Of a stretch of 64,000 bases of DNA, positions 29,517 to 38,663 are shown in pieces (the first letter of the stretch is position 1; each line of letters starts with the position of its first letter). The notes beneath the pieces were generated by a model. The model was not told the DNA's origin. It did not search any database and saw only the letters and a list, made by a program, of their open reading frames with translations. This stretch comes from an uncultured Clostridia bacterium. Its GTDB lineage: Bacteria; Bacillota; Clostridia; UBA1212; UBA1255. Made by a program: the position numbers and the translations under genes. The stretch spans positions 1,591 to 65,590 of the forward strand of contig CANQOI010000003.1 in NCBI GenBank assembly GCA_947625435.1, read 5' to 3'.

Positions 29517-30221
29517 ATGAACACAGCATTGATCCTGGCCGGCGGGAAAGGCACGCGCATGGGGGCTTCCGTGCCCAAACAATATATTTTACACAACGGT
29601 AAGCCCATACTCATACACACGTTGGAAGCATTTGCCGGACATGACGGTATAGATGACATATATATAGTATGTCCGCGGGACAGTATAGATCTGACGAGAG
29701 AAATGACCGTAAAATATAACGTGTCTAAGATAGCGGGCATTTTACCGGGAGGCGCGACGAGACGCGAATCGTCTCTTGCGGGCATACGCGCCATATCGGA
29801 GGATCACGGACGCGGTGACATAGTGCTCATACACGATGCGGCAAGACCGAATGTGTCCGCACGCATCATCTCGGAGAATATATCTGCGGCGGGCAGGTAC
29901 GGCGCGTGTGAAACGGCAGTAGCCGTATGCGACACGATAGCGGTATCCGAGGACGGGCTCAGGATAAAAAATATACCCGACAGAAGGTGCCTGTACAACG
30001 TGCAGACTCCTCAGTCGTTCAGGCTCGGGGTTATATATGACGCTCACACGGCGCTTGACGATAAACTCACGGAAAGCCCCGACGCCGCAAAAGACGTAAC
30101 GGACGATGCCGCTCTCATTTTACGGAACGGCGGCGATGTTTTTATTGTGGAGGGCGACAAATTGAACATCAAGATCACAACGGAGGAGGACCTCAGAATA
30201 TTATACAATATAATGATTTGA
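29517..30221 (+). CDS. ispD: 2-C-methyl-D-erythritol 4-phosphate cytidylyltransferase
   Basis: MNTALILAGGKGTRMGASVPKQY...HDAARP. The ATG lies 8 nt after AAGGAG. Confidence 0.9.
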   Translation: MNTALILAGGKGTRMGASVPKQYILHNGKPILIHTLEAFAGHDGIDDIYIVCPRDSIDLTREMTVKYNVSKIAGILPGGATRRESSLAGIRAISEDHGRGDIVLIHDAARPNVSARIISENISAAGRYGACETAVAVCDTIAVSEDGLRIKNIPDRRCLYNVQTPQSFRLGVIYDAHTALDDKLTESPDAAKDVTDDAALILRNGGDVFIVEGDKLNIKITTEEDLRILYNIMI

Positions 30222-30241
30222 TATTCGGGAGGTGTTGTGAA

Positions 30242-30463
30242 ATGTCCGGATGCTTGTGTATAGCAGGTTCTCAGAATCAGGCTTCGGCTATCGTTTCGAT
30301 GCTCAGGCGCGCGGGCGTAAGAAGTGAGATCGTTCCGACGCCGCGCCGCCTCGCGGAAGGCGAAGGCTGCTCGTACAGCGTGGAAATACCGCAAAAATAT
30401 GTTTCTGCCGCAATGGACATGCTGCGCCGTTCAGGCATGGACAACAGGATAGTGTGCCCGTAA
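30242..30463 (+). CDS. small DUF3343-like protein
   Basis: 73 aa. Pattern ...SQNQASAIVSMLRRAGV...VPTPRRL..GCSYSVEI...A..ML resembles DUF3343 (from memory). GGGAGG lies before the ATG. Confidence 0.55.
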   Translation: MSGCLCIAGSQNQASAIVSMLRRAGVRSEIVPTPRRLAEGEGCSYSVEIPQKYVSAAMDMLRRSGMDNRIVCP

Positions 30464-30479
30464 CGGAAAAATTTTACAC

Positions 30480-30508
30480 TTGCTTTTTGTACGGTAAAAA
30501 TATATAAT
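30480..30508 (+). promoter_or_regulatory. near-consensus sigma-A promoter with no downstream ORF
   Basis: TTGCTT (30480-30485), 17-nt spacer, TATAAT (30503-30508). Confidence 0.6.
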
Positions 30509-30514
30509 CCCGCC

Positions 30515-30736
30515 ATGGAATGTCCGGGTGTATTCCTGGGGTGTTCGACAAGAACCTGTATTTTGAACCTACATCACAAACACGGGAATCCCATGCAAGA
30601 TGTTTTTAGACCGGGCCGCAAGCTAATTCCGGACTTTTGTCCGGCAGCGGAAGGTCGATATTACACGCAGGATACCCACCTAGCTCGGCTAGGTGTCAAA
30701 ATATTGGGGCGGCATCCCGGGTATCCCGGATTTTTT
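30515..30736 (+). ncRNA. candidate structured small RNA (about 220 nt), family unknown
   Basis: Runs from promoter to terminator with no credible ORF or SD. Long-range helix 30530-30549 pairs with 30654-30675. Hairpins at 30629-30644 and 30677-30695. It ends with ccggg-tat-cccgg (30717-30729) plus T6 (30731-30736). Confidence 0.5.
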
Positions 30737-30766
30737 GCAGCAGCAACCGGAGACAGTTGCTGCTGC
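30737..30766. terminator. 11-bp perfect GC-rich hairpin between the RNA candidate and the copA 3' end
   Basis: gcagcagcaac / cggagaca / gttgctgctgc. It lies 30 nt downstream of the copA stop on the minus strand. No U-tract follows it on either strand. Confidence 0.5.
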
Positions 30767-30796
30767 GTTCATTTGACGCCCCTCAGCGTCCGCCGT

Positions 30797-33274
30797 TTAT
30801 CTCACGGCCTTTACCTTGTAATCCTGAGCTTCTACTGCCTTCCTGAGGATATCGTCCCCGACTTCCTTTTCGAGTGTTACGACAGCGGTGCCGTCCGTGT
30901 GGCTTACGATTGCCTCTTTCACTCCGTCAAGCGCTTCAAGCGCCTTTTTTACGCGTGCTTCGCAGTGACCGCACATCATACCTTCGATCTCAAGAGTTCT
31001 TTTCATTCCGACAACTTCCTTTCCTTTCTTTTTTTTCATGTTGTTTTTGCGTTTTATTCTGTGATCCTTTCCGGGATCATGTATGCGTACAAAATTGAGT
31101 CTCAGAGCATTCGTAACGACACAGAAGCTTGAAAGGCTCATGGCAGCCGCGCCGAACATGGGGTTCATCTGCCACCCGAACAGATTTATAAAAACGCCGG
31201 CCGCGATAGGTATTCCTATAGTATTATATATGAACGCCCAAAACAGGTTCTCGTGTATGTTCCTGAGGGCCGCGCGGCTCAGCCTTATGGCCGCGGGCAC
31301 ATCGGACAGGCGGCTCTTCATCAGAACTACGTCTGCGGCGTCTATGGCAACGTCCGTTCCGGCGCCTATGGCAATGCCTATGTCCGCGGCGGTGAGCGCC
31401 GGAGCGTCATTTATCCCGTCTCCCACCATCACCACGGTGCCTTCCCGCCCAAGCTCACGTATCGCGCGTTCCTTGCCTTCCGGAAGCACGCCGGCTATCA
31501 CGGTGTCGGCTCCCGCCTGAGCCGCTATGGCATCTGCGGTGCGTTTATTGTCTCCCGTAAGCATCACGACGCGTATGCCCATATTTTTCAGCTCGTTTAC
31601 GGCCTCCCGACTGTCGGGTTTTATCACGTCCGCCACTGCGATTATACCGCAGAGCTCCCCTCCCCGTGAAAAATACAGGGGCGTCTTCCCTTCTCCCGAG
31701 AGGGCATCGGCTTTAAGCCTCATCTCTTCGGGTATTTCGGCAGTGCTCTTTATAAAGCTCTCGTTCCCGCCGCACAGCCGTATTCCGCCCGCGTCCGCCG
31801 TGAGGCCGTTTCCGGGGAGCGCTTTAAAACCGGTGACATCCTCCGCCTCAATGCCGCGTTCCTCCGCGCGCATGTTCACTGCTCCCGCGAGGGGATGTTC
31901 GCTCCTTTTCTCAAGCGTGTAAGCAATGCCCAGCAGTGCTTCCTCAGTATATCCTTCCGCCGGTAAAATGTCGGTGACCTGCGGTCTTCCCTCAGTGACT
32001 GTGCCCGTTTTGTCAAGTACGACAGTCTGCGCCCTGCCTGTCTTTTCAAGAGAAGCGGCAGTTTTAAACAGTATCCCGTTTCTCGCGCCCACTCCGCTTC
32101 CCACCATTATGGCGACAGGCGTGGCAAGTCCCAATGCGCACGGGCAGCTTATTACCAGCACGGATATGCCCCTTGCCAGTGCGAATCCCACCGTCCTGCC
32201 TGCTATGAGCCATATCAATGTCGTTAAAACGGCGATCGCCATCACAGCGGGAACAAATATTCCGGATACCTTATCCGCTACCTTAGCTATAGGCGCTTTT
32301 GTAGCCGCGGCATCGCTCACGAGGCGTATTATATTGGAAAGGGTCGTGTCCTCTCCGACTTTTAGTGCCTCGCAGCGTATAAAGCCCGATCGGTTCAGTG
32401 TTCCCGCGGAAACAGTCGAGCCCTCAGCTTTATCCGCAGGTATGCTCTCTCCCGTAAGAGCCGATTCATCCACCGCGCTGCTTCCTTCTGTTACCACTCC
32501 GTCAACGGGTATGTGTTCCCCCGGGCGCACGACAAATATATCGCCCTTTACGATCTGTTCTGCGGGCACCGTTATCTCGACGCCGTCCCTGATCACTGTG
32601 GCTGTTTCGGGCGCGAGCTTCATAAGGCTCTTAAGCGCGTCGGTCGTTTTACCCTTTGAGCGAGCCTCGAGCATTTTACCCAGAGTGATGAGCGTAAGTA
32701 TCATGGCCGCGGACTCAAAATAAAATTCGTGCATGTGCTCATCCGGCTGCATGCCCGTCATGGCAAACAGCGAGACTGTGCTGTATATGAATGCCGCCGA
32801 TGAACCGAGCGCCACGAGCGCATCCATATTGGGAGCACGATTTATGATGCTTTTGAAGCCGCTTATGAAAAACTTTCTGTTTATCACCATTATGATCTCG
32901 CACAAAAGCAGCTGCGCAAGTCCTGTCGCCATGTGATTTCCGCTGAAAAACGGCGGCAGCGGCCATCCCCACATGGCATTACCCATCGAGATGTACATGA
33001 GGGCGGCGAGGAATACGAGAGATATTATGAGACGCCGCCTGAGCGCGGGCGTTTCACGGTCTTTGAGCGTATCCCCTCCTTTAACGGACGCGCCGTAGCC
33101 TGCCCCCTGTACGGCGGATATCACGGCTTCATCCGTCGCGCTGCCCTCTACTCCCATTGAGTTTGTGAGCAGGCTTACGGAGCATGATCTCACTCCGGGC
33201 ACCTTTGATACTGCCTTCTCTATGCGCGCACTGCACGCGGCGCAGCTCATTCCCGTAATATTATACTGTCTCAT
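30797..33274 (-). CDS. copA: copper-translocating P1B-type ATPase with N-terminal and fused C-terminal HMA domains
   Basis: N-terminal GMSCAACSARIE, CPC (SCPCALGLATP), DKTGT, GDGINDAP. The C-terminal 69 aa read MKRTLEIEGMMCGHCEARVKKAL (CopZ-like). Confidence 0.95.
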   Translation of the reverse strand: MRQYNITGMSCAACSARIEKAVSKVPGVRSCSVSLLTNSMGVEGSATDEAVISAVQGAGYGASVKGGDTLKDRETPALRRRLIISLVFLAALMYISMGNAMWGWPLPPFFSGNHMATGLAQLLLCEIIMVINRKFFISGFKSIINRAPNMDALVALGSSAAFIYSTVSLFAMTGMQPDEHMHEFYFESAAMILTLITLGKMLEARSKGKTTDALKSLMKLAPETATVIRDGVEITVPAEQIVKGDIFVVRPGEHIPVDGVVTEGSSAVDESALTGESIPADKAEGSTVSAGTLNRSGFIRCEALKVGEDTTLSNIIRLVSDAAATKAPIAKVADKVSGIFVPAVMAIAVLTTLIWLIAGRTVGFALARGISVLVISCPCALGLATPVAIMVGSGVGARNGILFKTAASLEKTGRAQTVVLDKTGTVTEGRPQVTDILPAEGYTEEALLGIAYTLEKRSEHPLAGAVNMRAEERGIEAEDVTGFKALPGNGLTADAGGIRLCGGNESFIKSTAEIPEEMRLKADALSGEGKTPLYFSRGGELCGIIAVADVIKPDSREAVNELKNMGIRVVMLTGDNKRTADAIAAQAGADTVIAGVLPEGKERAIRELGREGTVVMVGDGINDAPALTAADIGIAIGAGTDVAIDAADVVLMKSRLSDVPAAIRLSRAALRNIHENLFWAFIYNTIGIPIAAGVFINLFGWQMNPMFGAAAMSLSSFCVVTNALRLNFVRIHDPGKDHRIKRKNNMKKKKGKEVVGMKRTLEIEGMMCGHCEARVKKALEALDGVKEAIVSHTDGTAVVTLEKEVGDDILRKAVEAQDYKVKAVR

Positions 33275-33287
33275 ATGGAACGCTCCT

Positions 33288-33596
33288 TTATTTCATAAGC
33301 TTCTGAAGTATGGCAACAAGCTCGTCGATCACGTCGTCCTTTCCCTCTCTTATATCGCGCACGACGCACGTGCGAAGGTGGCTTGCTATAAGATCCTTAT
33401 TAAATGAATTCACAGCCGCGTTTACGGCCGCTGACTGAACAAGTATGTCGGCACAGTACGCATTTTTCTCTATCATACCTTTTATGCCCCGTATCTGGCC
33501 TTCTATGCGGCTGAGTCTGTTCATGAGCTTTTTTTGTTCTTCTCCGCTTCGCACCGTTGTCTTTGCGCAGCACTCACATTTTTCCTTTTTTGCCAT
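33288..33596 (-). CDS. csoR: copper-sensing repressor CsoR
   Basis: LMNRLSRIEGQIRGIKGMIEKNAYCADILVQSAAV..A is the CsoR/DUF156 pattern. Start moved to ATG 33596. Confidence 0.9.
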   Translation of the reverse strand: MAKKEKCECCAKTTVRSGEEQKKLMNRLSRIEGQIRGIKGMIEKNAYCADILVQSAAVNAAVNSFNKDLIASHLRTCVVRDIREGKDDVIDELVAILQKLMK

Positions 33597-33642
33597 GTTT
33601 TTATCTCCCGGTGTTACATGATCTGTTTTATTATATGTTAAA

Positions 33643-33692
33643 ATACCCCCATAGGGTATACATATTGTATACCCTATGGGGGTATCGGTCAA
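33643..33692 (-). promoter_or_regulatory. csoR-copA promoter overlapped by a double CsoR-type operator
   Basis: Perfect inverted repeat ATACCCCCATAGGGTATAC / ATATT / GTATACCCTATGGGGGTAT (33643-33685). Minus-strand TTGACC (33692-33687), 17-nt spacer, TACAAT (33669-33664). Confidence 0.7.
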
Positions 33693-33728
33693 GAGCTTTT
33701 TTAAAAACTTCTCAAAATTTTTAAGCGG

Positions 33729-35405
33729 TCACTTGCCCTTGTTCATTTTCTTCCAGCTGTCTTTGAGTGAAACTGTCCTGTTGAATACGGGCTTTTCTCT
33801 CGTATGGTCGTCGTCGGCGCTGAAGAAACCGTTCCTTAAGAACTGGAAATGAGCGTTTTTATCGCAGTTTGCGACATACGGCTCCACAAAAGCATTTTTG
33901 CAGACCGTAAGCGAATCGGGGTTCAGCTTCTCCGTGAAATCCCTTCCGTCCGAGTCATCCATGGGATCCGGGTCGGCAAAAAGCTGATCGTAGAGCCTTA
34001 TTTCCGCAGGGACTGCGTCACGCGCCGAGACCCAGTGTATTGTGCCCTTTACTTTTCTGTCCGGCAGCCAGCCGCCCCTCGATGCCGGGTCATACGTGCA
34101 GTGAACGACGGTCACATTGCCGTTTTCATCTGTCTCATAGGACGTTGCCCTTACGTAGTACGCATATTTGAGGCGCACCTCGTTGCCCGGGAACAGGCGG
34201 AAATATCCCTTTACGGGCTCCGCCATGAAGTCCTCTCTTTCTATATACAGCTCTCTCGAAAAGCTTACCTTGCGCATTCCCATTTCGGGATTTTCGGGAT
34301 TTACCTCCGCATCGAATTCCTCCGTGGTATCCTTGTCATAGTTATCTATAACAAGTTTTATGGGATCCAATACGGCCATGCCGCGGGGCGCGATCTTATT
34401 AAGATCCTCGCGTATACAGTATTCCAGCAGACCGTAATCCGCCACACTGTTGCTCGTTGAAACGCCCACCGCATCTATAAAATTCCTTATTGATGCCGGC
34501 GTATAGCCTCTGCGTCTGAGCCCGCAGAGGGTCGGCATGCGCGGATCGTCCCAGCCGCTCACCGTGCCCGACTCAACCATTTTACGGAGATATCTCTTGC
34601 TCATCATGGTATACGTTATATTGAGCCGCGCGAATTCGTTCTGACAGGGCGCGGGATCGAACGGCCCGCATTTTTCAACAACCCAATCGTAAAGCGGTCT
34701 GTGATCCTTAAAGCCGAGATCGCACAGTGAATGCGTTATACCTTCAAATGCGTCCTCGAGCGGGTGCGCGAAATCGTACATGGGGTAGATGCACCACGCG
34801 TCGCCCGAATGGTGATGTGTCGCGTGGACTATCCTGTATATGACAGGGTCTCTCATGTTTATATTAGGCGACGCCATGTCTATCTTCGCCCTCAGCACGC
34901 GGCTCCCGTCCGTGAACTCTCCCGCTTTCATCCTGCGGAACAGATCGAGATTGTCATCTATGCTGCGCTCCCTGTAGGGGCTGTTTATACCCGGCTCCGT
35001 GAGCGTGCCGCGGTAATCTCTTATTTCGTCCGCGTTAAGGTCGCACACATACGCAAGGCCCTTCTTTATGAGCTTTTCCGCACATTCATACATGCGCGGG
35101 AAATAATCCGACGCGTAAAATACATTTTTCCACGAGTAGCCGAGCCATTTCACGTCATTCATTATGGCGTCCACATACTCTGTGTCCTCCTTGCTCGGAT
35201 TGGTGTCGTCGAACCGCAGATTGCAGTACCCGCCGTATTTTTCAGCCGTGCCGAAGTCGATGCATATGGCCTTTGCATGTCCTATGTGGAGATAGCCGTT
35301 CGGCTCGGGAGGGAAACGCGTATATACCGTCTTGCCGTAATATCTTCCGCCTTCTTTTATATCGTTTTCTACTATATCGTGAATAAAATTGCTGCTCGCT
35401 TCCAT
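33729..35405 (-). CDS. glnS: glutaminyl-tRNA synthetase
   Basis: [26 protein letters not shown]...NLRFDDTNP...MSKR (HIGH/KMSK class I, GlnRS-type C-terminus). Confidence 0.93.
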   Translation of the reverse strand: MEASSNFIHDIVENDIKEGGRYYGKTVYTRFPPEPNGYLHIGHAKAICIDFGTAEKYGGYCNLRFDDTNPSKEDTEYVDAIMNDVKWLGYSWKNVFYASDYFPRMYECAEKLIKKGLAYVCDLNADEIRDYRGTLTEPGINSPYRERSIDDNLDLFRRMKAGEFTDGSRVLRAKIDMASPNINMRDPVIYRIVHATHHHSGDAWCIYPMYDFAHPLEDAFEGITHSLCDLGFKDHRPLYDWVVEKCGPFDPAPCQNEFARLNITYTMMSKRYLRKMVESGTVSGWDDPRMPTLCGLRRRGYTPASIRNFIDAVGVSTSNSVADYGLLEYCIREDLNKIAPRGMAVLDPIKLVIDNYDKDTTEEFDAEVNPENPEMGMRKVSFSRELYIEREDFMAEPVKGYFRLFPGNEVRLKYAYYVRATSYETDENGNVTVVHCTYDPASRGGWLPDRKVKGTIHWVSARDAVPAEIRLYDQLFADPDPMDDSDGRDFTEKLNPDSLTVCKNAFVEPYVANCDKNAHFQFLRNGFFSADDDHTREKPVFNRTVSLKDSWKKMNKGK

Positions 35406-35423
35406 TATATGTCAGCTCCTTTC

Positions 35424-36890
35424 TCAGCCCTCAAGCTCTTTTTCAAGCTTTGATATTCCCGCTTCTATCCTTTTCATCGTCTCGCCTCGCCCCAATATCT
35501 CCGCAAGCTCCGTGGCGCCTCCGGGGCTTACTTCCCTTCCGCTGAGAGCCGTTCTCACGGGCCAGAGTATCTGACTGTTCTTCATTTCGTTTTCCGATGC
35601 GAGCAGGCAGAACGCCTCGTAGAGTTTGGGAGACGTCCATTCATGCTCAAGCTCATCATTCCGTAAAATGAGGTCGCGTGTCAGTTTAAGGGCTCTTAGC
35701 GATATCTCGCGGTCGGTCTTCATTTTCTTATGGCAGTATATCTCGCTGCTGTATTCGGGAAGCTCCCTGAAGAAGCTTATCTTATCCGGTATGTCGGTGA
35801 GTATCTCTGTTCTCTGCTGTATCAGCGCCGATATTTTACCGATATCGCAGGCGCTGTTTCCGAGCGCCTCCTCTATATACGGCCTTGCAAGGGCTGTGAA
35901 ATCCTCCGGGGAGAGCTTCCTTATATATTCGGCGTTCATCCACTTGAGCTTCTCCGTGTCGAAAATGGAAGGGGATTTGTTGAGCCCTTCTATCGTAAAA
36001 TCCTCCTCGAGCTCTTTAAGGGTGTAAAACTCTCTCGTCCCTCCCGGACTCCATCCGAGGAGCGCTATATAATTCAGTATCGCCTCCGGCAGATAGCCTT
36101 TCTTTACGAGATCCTGGAAGGATGCGTCGCCGTTTCTCTTGGAGAGCTTGTTGTGAGCGTCCTTCATTATGCTCGGAAGATGGATGTATACCGGTATGTC
36201 CCATCCGAACGACTGATAGAGTATATTGTATTTCGGAGTGGAAGAAAGGTATTCGTTGCCTCTTACCACATGCGTTATCTTCATGAGATGGTCGTCTACG
36301 ACGTTCGCGAAATTATACGTAGGCATTCCGTCGGATTTTATGAGTATCTGGTCGTCAAGTGTGTCATTGTCGACCGTTATGTCCCCGTATACCACATCGG
36401 TAAATGTCGTTCTGCCCTCGCGCGGCACCTTCTGTCTTATCACGAACGGCTTGCCTTCGGCGAGGTTCCTCTCCACCTCCTCTTTTGTAAGGGAAAGGCA
36501 GTGTCTGTCGTATGTGAAGGATGCGCCCTCGGATTCTCTTAATGAATCAAGACGTTCCTTCGTGCAAAAGCAGTAATACGCGGCGCCTTTTTCTATCAAT
36601 TGTCGGGCATATTCCATATATATGCCGCGTCTTTCGCTCTGTATATACGGGCCGTAGTCTCCTCCCACGCCGGGGCCTTCGTCATATGATATCCCGGTTG
36701 CTTTAAGCGTATCGTATACGACGTCCATAGCGCCCTCTACGTAGCGCTCCTGATCCGTGTCTTCGATCCTCAATATAAATTTACCGCCCTGAGATCTTGC
36801 TATCAGGTACTCATATAAAGCTGTTCTTAAATTTCCGATATGCATAAAGCCCGTCGGGCTCGGAGCAAACCTTGTTCTGACTTCTCCCAT
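35424..36890 (-). CDS. gltX: glutamyl-tRNA synthetase
   Basis: [28 protein letters not shown]...KLSKR. Start moved to ATG 36890. Confidence 0.93.
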   Translation of the reverse strand: MGEVRTRFAPSPTGFMHIGNLRTALYEYLIARSQGGKFILRIEDTDQERYVEGAMDVVYDTLKATGISYDEGPGVGGDYGPYIQSERRGIYMEYARQLIEKGAAYYCFCTKERLDSLRESEGASFTYDRHCLSLTKEEVERNLAEGKPFVIRQKVPREGRTTFTDVVYGDITVDNDTLDDQILIKSDGMPTYNFANVVDDHLMKITHVVRGNEYLSSTPKYNILYQSFGWDIPVYIHLPSIMKDAHNKLSKRNGDASFQDLVKKGYLPEAILNYIALLGWSPGGTREFYTLKELEEDFTIEGLNKSPSIFDTEKLKWMNAEYIRKLSPEDFTALARPYIEEALGNSACDIGKISALIQQRTEILTDIPDKISFFRELPEYSSEIYCHKKMKTDREISLRALKLTRDLILRNDELEHEWTSPKLYEAFCLLASENEMKNSQILWPVRTALSGREVSPGGATELAEILGRGETMKRIEAGISKLEKELEG

Positions 36891-37039
36891 ACGTCTTGTC
36901 CTTTCTCTGCAGTGCAGTATGATGATCATGTAAAGGCAAAAACCTTTGTAAATAATAAAGCCAAAAATGAATAAAGTCAATAATACGCACTGTTCATGCG
37001 CAATATTATACGTTGACACAGCGGGCGCGATACATTATC

Positions 37040-37600
37040 ATGGCAGGAGCGAAGGTGCTTCTGATATATGTATTTTACAGGCGGGACGGGAATCGGTCAT
37101 GGACATTAAACATAGTATATGCCGTCGATACGCGAGGTCACGGCGGCACGCCCCGCGGCAGCGCGCCGTTTACAATACGCGTATTTGCACACGATCTTTA
37201 TGAATTCATGAATGAGCATGAGATCCGGAAGGCACATATACCGGGGTTTTCGGACGGTGCGAATACGGCCATGATATTTGCGTTAAAATATCCCGATATG
37301 GTAAATAAGCTCATTTTAAACGGAGGGAATCTGTACCCCGCCGGTTTGAGATTCGGGGTCAGGCTTCAGATCGAACTCGGTTACTTTATAGCGAAGCGCT
37401 TTGATACTATGAAGCGCCGTGCCGAAATGCTGAGACTCATGGTAAAGGATCCTGACATAAGGCCCGAGGAGCTCATAGCGGGCAGCATACCGGGCTCTGT
37501 TCTCGTTTTCGTAAAAGGCTCGCATTTTGCGGCAAATGAGAATCCGGAGGATTTCAACAAAGCGGTGCTGGACTTTCTCGCGCAAGACCCTCTGTCTTAA
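37040..37600 (+). CDS. alpha/beta hydrolase-fold protein, shortened and possibly degenerate
   Basis: AVDTRGHG, nucleophile elbow GFSDGA, C-terminal GSHFAANENPEDFN. The N-terminal HG region and the Asp-bearing segment look missing. Start is uncertain (ATG 37040 or GTG 37052 after AGGAG). TTGACA-17-TATCAT lies at 37013-37041. Confidence 0.5.
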   Translation: MAGAKVLLIYVFYRRDGNRSWTLNIVYAVDTRGHGGTPRGSAPFTIRVFAHDLYEFMNEHEIRKAHIPGFSDGANTAMIFALKYPDMVNKLILNGGNLYPAGLRFGVRLQIELGYFIAKRFDTMKRRAEMLRLMVKDPDIRPEELIAGSIPGSVLVFVKGSHFAANENPEDFNKAVLDFLAQDPLS

Positions 37601-37610
37601 GTCTCTTATA

Positions 37611-37892
37611 TCAGAGATACATGTTTTTGTATTCCATCCTCTTTTTTATCTCGCTTCTTTTTTTAAAATCCGAGATCGAACGTATGTTATATTTATAGCA
37701 GCAGTCGCGGCATATGGATATGTCGCCCTTTCTCGTAAGGCGCATGCTTACGGGCGTATGGTATCTGAAATATGTACGGAATTTTACCCTGCCGCAGCAG
37801 CCGCATCTCGGGAAAATGAGTGGTTTGAATATCACGGCGCCGAGCGCGGCGGATGCCGATATGAAAATGAGTATTTTGATCGCTGCGGTCAT
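37611..37892 (-). CDS. small membrane-anchored Cys-rich protein (93 aa)
   Basis: N-terminal TM IKILIFISASAALGAVIF, then CGCCGR...CRDCC and a basic tail. GAGGT lies 6 nt before the ATG. Confidence 0.5.
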   Translation of the reverse strand: MTAAIKILIFISASAALGAVIFKPLIFPRCGCCGRVKFRTYFRYHTPVSMRLTRKGDISICRDCCYKYNIRSISDFKKRSEIKKRMEYKNMYL

Positions 37893-38009
37893 AATGTTAC
37901 CTCTTCTTTGTCATAATGTTTCTCCGTATCTGTTCTTTATATGATATGCGCCCGGCGCAGGATATATTCATAAGCCGTGCTCCGGGCGCAGGATGCTAAA
38001 CAACCTTTA

Positions 38010-38207
38010 TCACTGATTCTGTGAACCTGTATAATAGTTGTTTCCTGTATAGCTTTCAAATACCTTACGGACTATATTTCCGCCGATCGTTCCCGCTTCT
38101 TTCGAAGTCAGATCGCCGTTATAGCCATCCTTAAGGTTTACGCCTGTTTCTTTTGCTATTTCATATTTAAGCTTATCAAAAGATGTTTTACTTTTACTGT
38201 TAGACAT
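38010..38207 (-). CDS. alpha/beta-type small acid-soluble spore protein
   Basis: KLKYEIAKETGVNL...GDLTSKEAGTIGGNIVRKV is the SASP alpha/beta signature. GAGGAGG lies before the ATG. Confidence 0.9.
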   Translation of the reverse strand: MSNSKSKTSFDKLKYEIAKETGVNLKDGYNGDLTSKEAGTIGGNIVRKVFESYTGNNYYTGSQNQ

Positions 38208-38313
38208 AACTGTTACCTCCTCATCCGTATTTTACCGCAGTCGGAAGGAATACGGCGCCGCGCCATGCGCGGCAATATTATTATTATTCATATCCGATTA
38301 TATATTCCGGTAA

Positions 38314-38529
38314 TTATTCCCTTATTGCTTCGTGATTTCTGAAAAGCAGACTTATCGAATAAATTCCCGCGACTCCTACCAGTGAATATATTATCCTGCT
38401 CACTGTAGAAGAAGCGCCGCCGAACAATGCGGCAACAAAGTCAAATCGGAACAAACCGACAGAAAGCCAGACTATCGCGCCTACTATCACAAGTATGAGC
38501 GCTATCCTGTCCAAACCGTTTCTTGCCAT
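38314..38529 (-). CDS. DUF378-type small membrane protein
   Basis: LDRIALILVIVGAIVWLSVGLFRFDFVAALFGG...SRIIYSLVGVAGIY. Confidence 0.75.
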   Translation of the reverse strand: MARNGLDRIALILVIVGAIVWLSVGLFRFDFVAALFGGASSTVSRIIYSLVGVAGIYSISLLFRNHEAIRE

Positions 38530-38663
38530 AGGGATTCAGCTCCTTTCCGCATTTTTGCCGAACATAACAGTTTCACAACTGTCGGTATTAGGGTGACCAA
38601 AAAAATAAAAATTATTACACGGTATTGCAAATTAAAAAATTTTAGATTAGTATTCAGTCCGCT

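Noticed and set aside
30530-30560. GGGGUGUUCGAC motif resembling the tmRNA 5' end; I also considered SRP, 6S, RNase P and T-box
   Set aside because: The acceptor/D-like segment is too short for tmRNA, and there is no 3' T-arm/CCA-proximal partner or tag ORF. There is no GGAA-tetraloop helix-8 motif (SRP). The 5' and 3' ends do not form the long closing stem plus central bubble of 6S. There is no GAGGAAAGUCCGGGC P4 sequence (RNase P), and no specifier/T-box sequence.
30515-31132. 205-aa ORF starting 7 nt after the orphan promoter's -10
   Set aside because: It has no SD and would have to be leaderless. It reads through two terminator hairpins and then runs antisense through the copA C-terminus. 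The product has no recognisable features. The region is better explained as a non-coding RNA.
36891-37019. N-terminal 43-codon extension of gltX, and a possible T-box leader
   Set aside because: The conserved GluRS N-terminus begins at [14 protein letters not shown] (ATG 36890). The extension is hydrophobic nonsense. The ~120-nt upstream region is too short for a T-box and lacks T-box sequence motifs.
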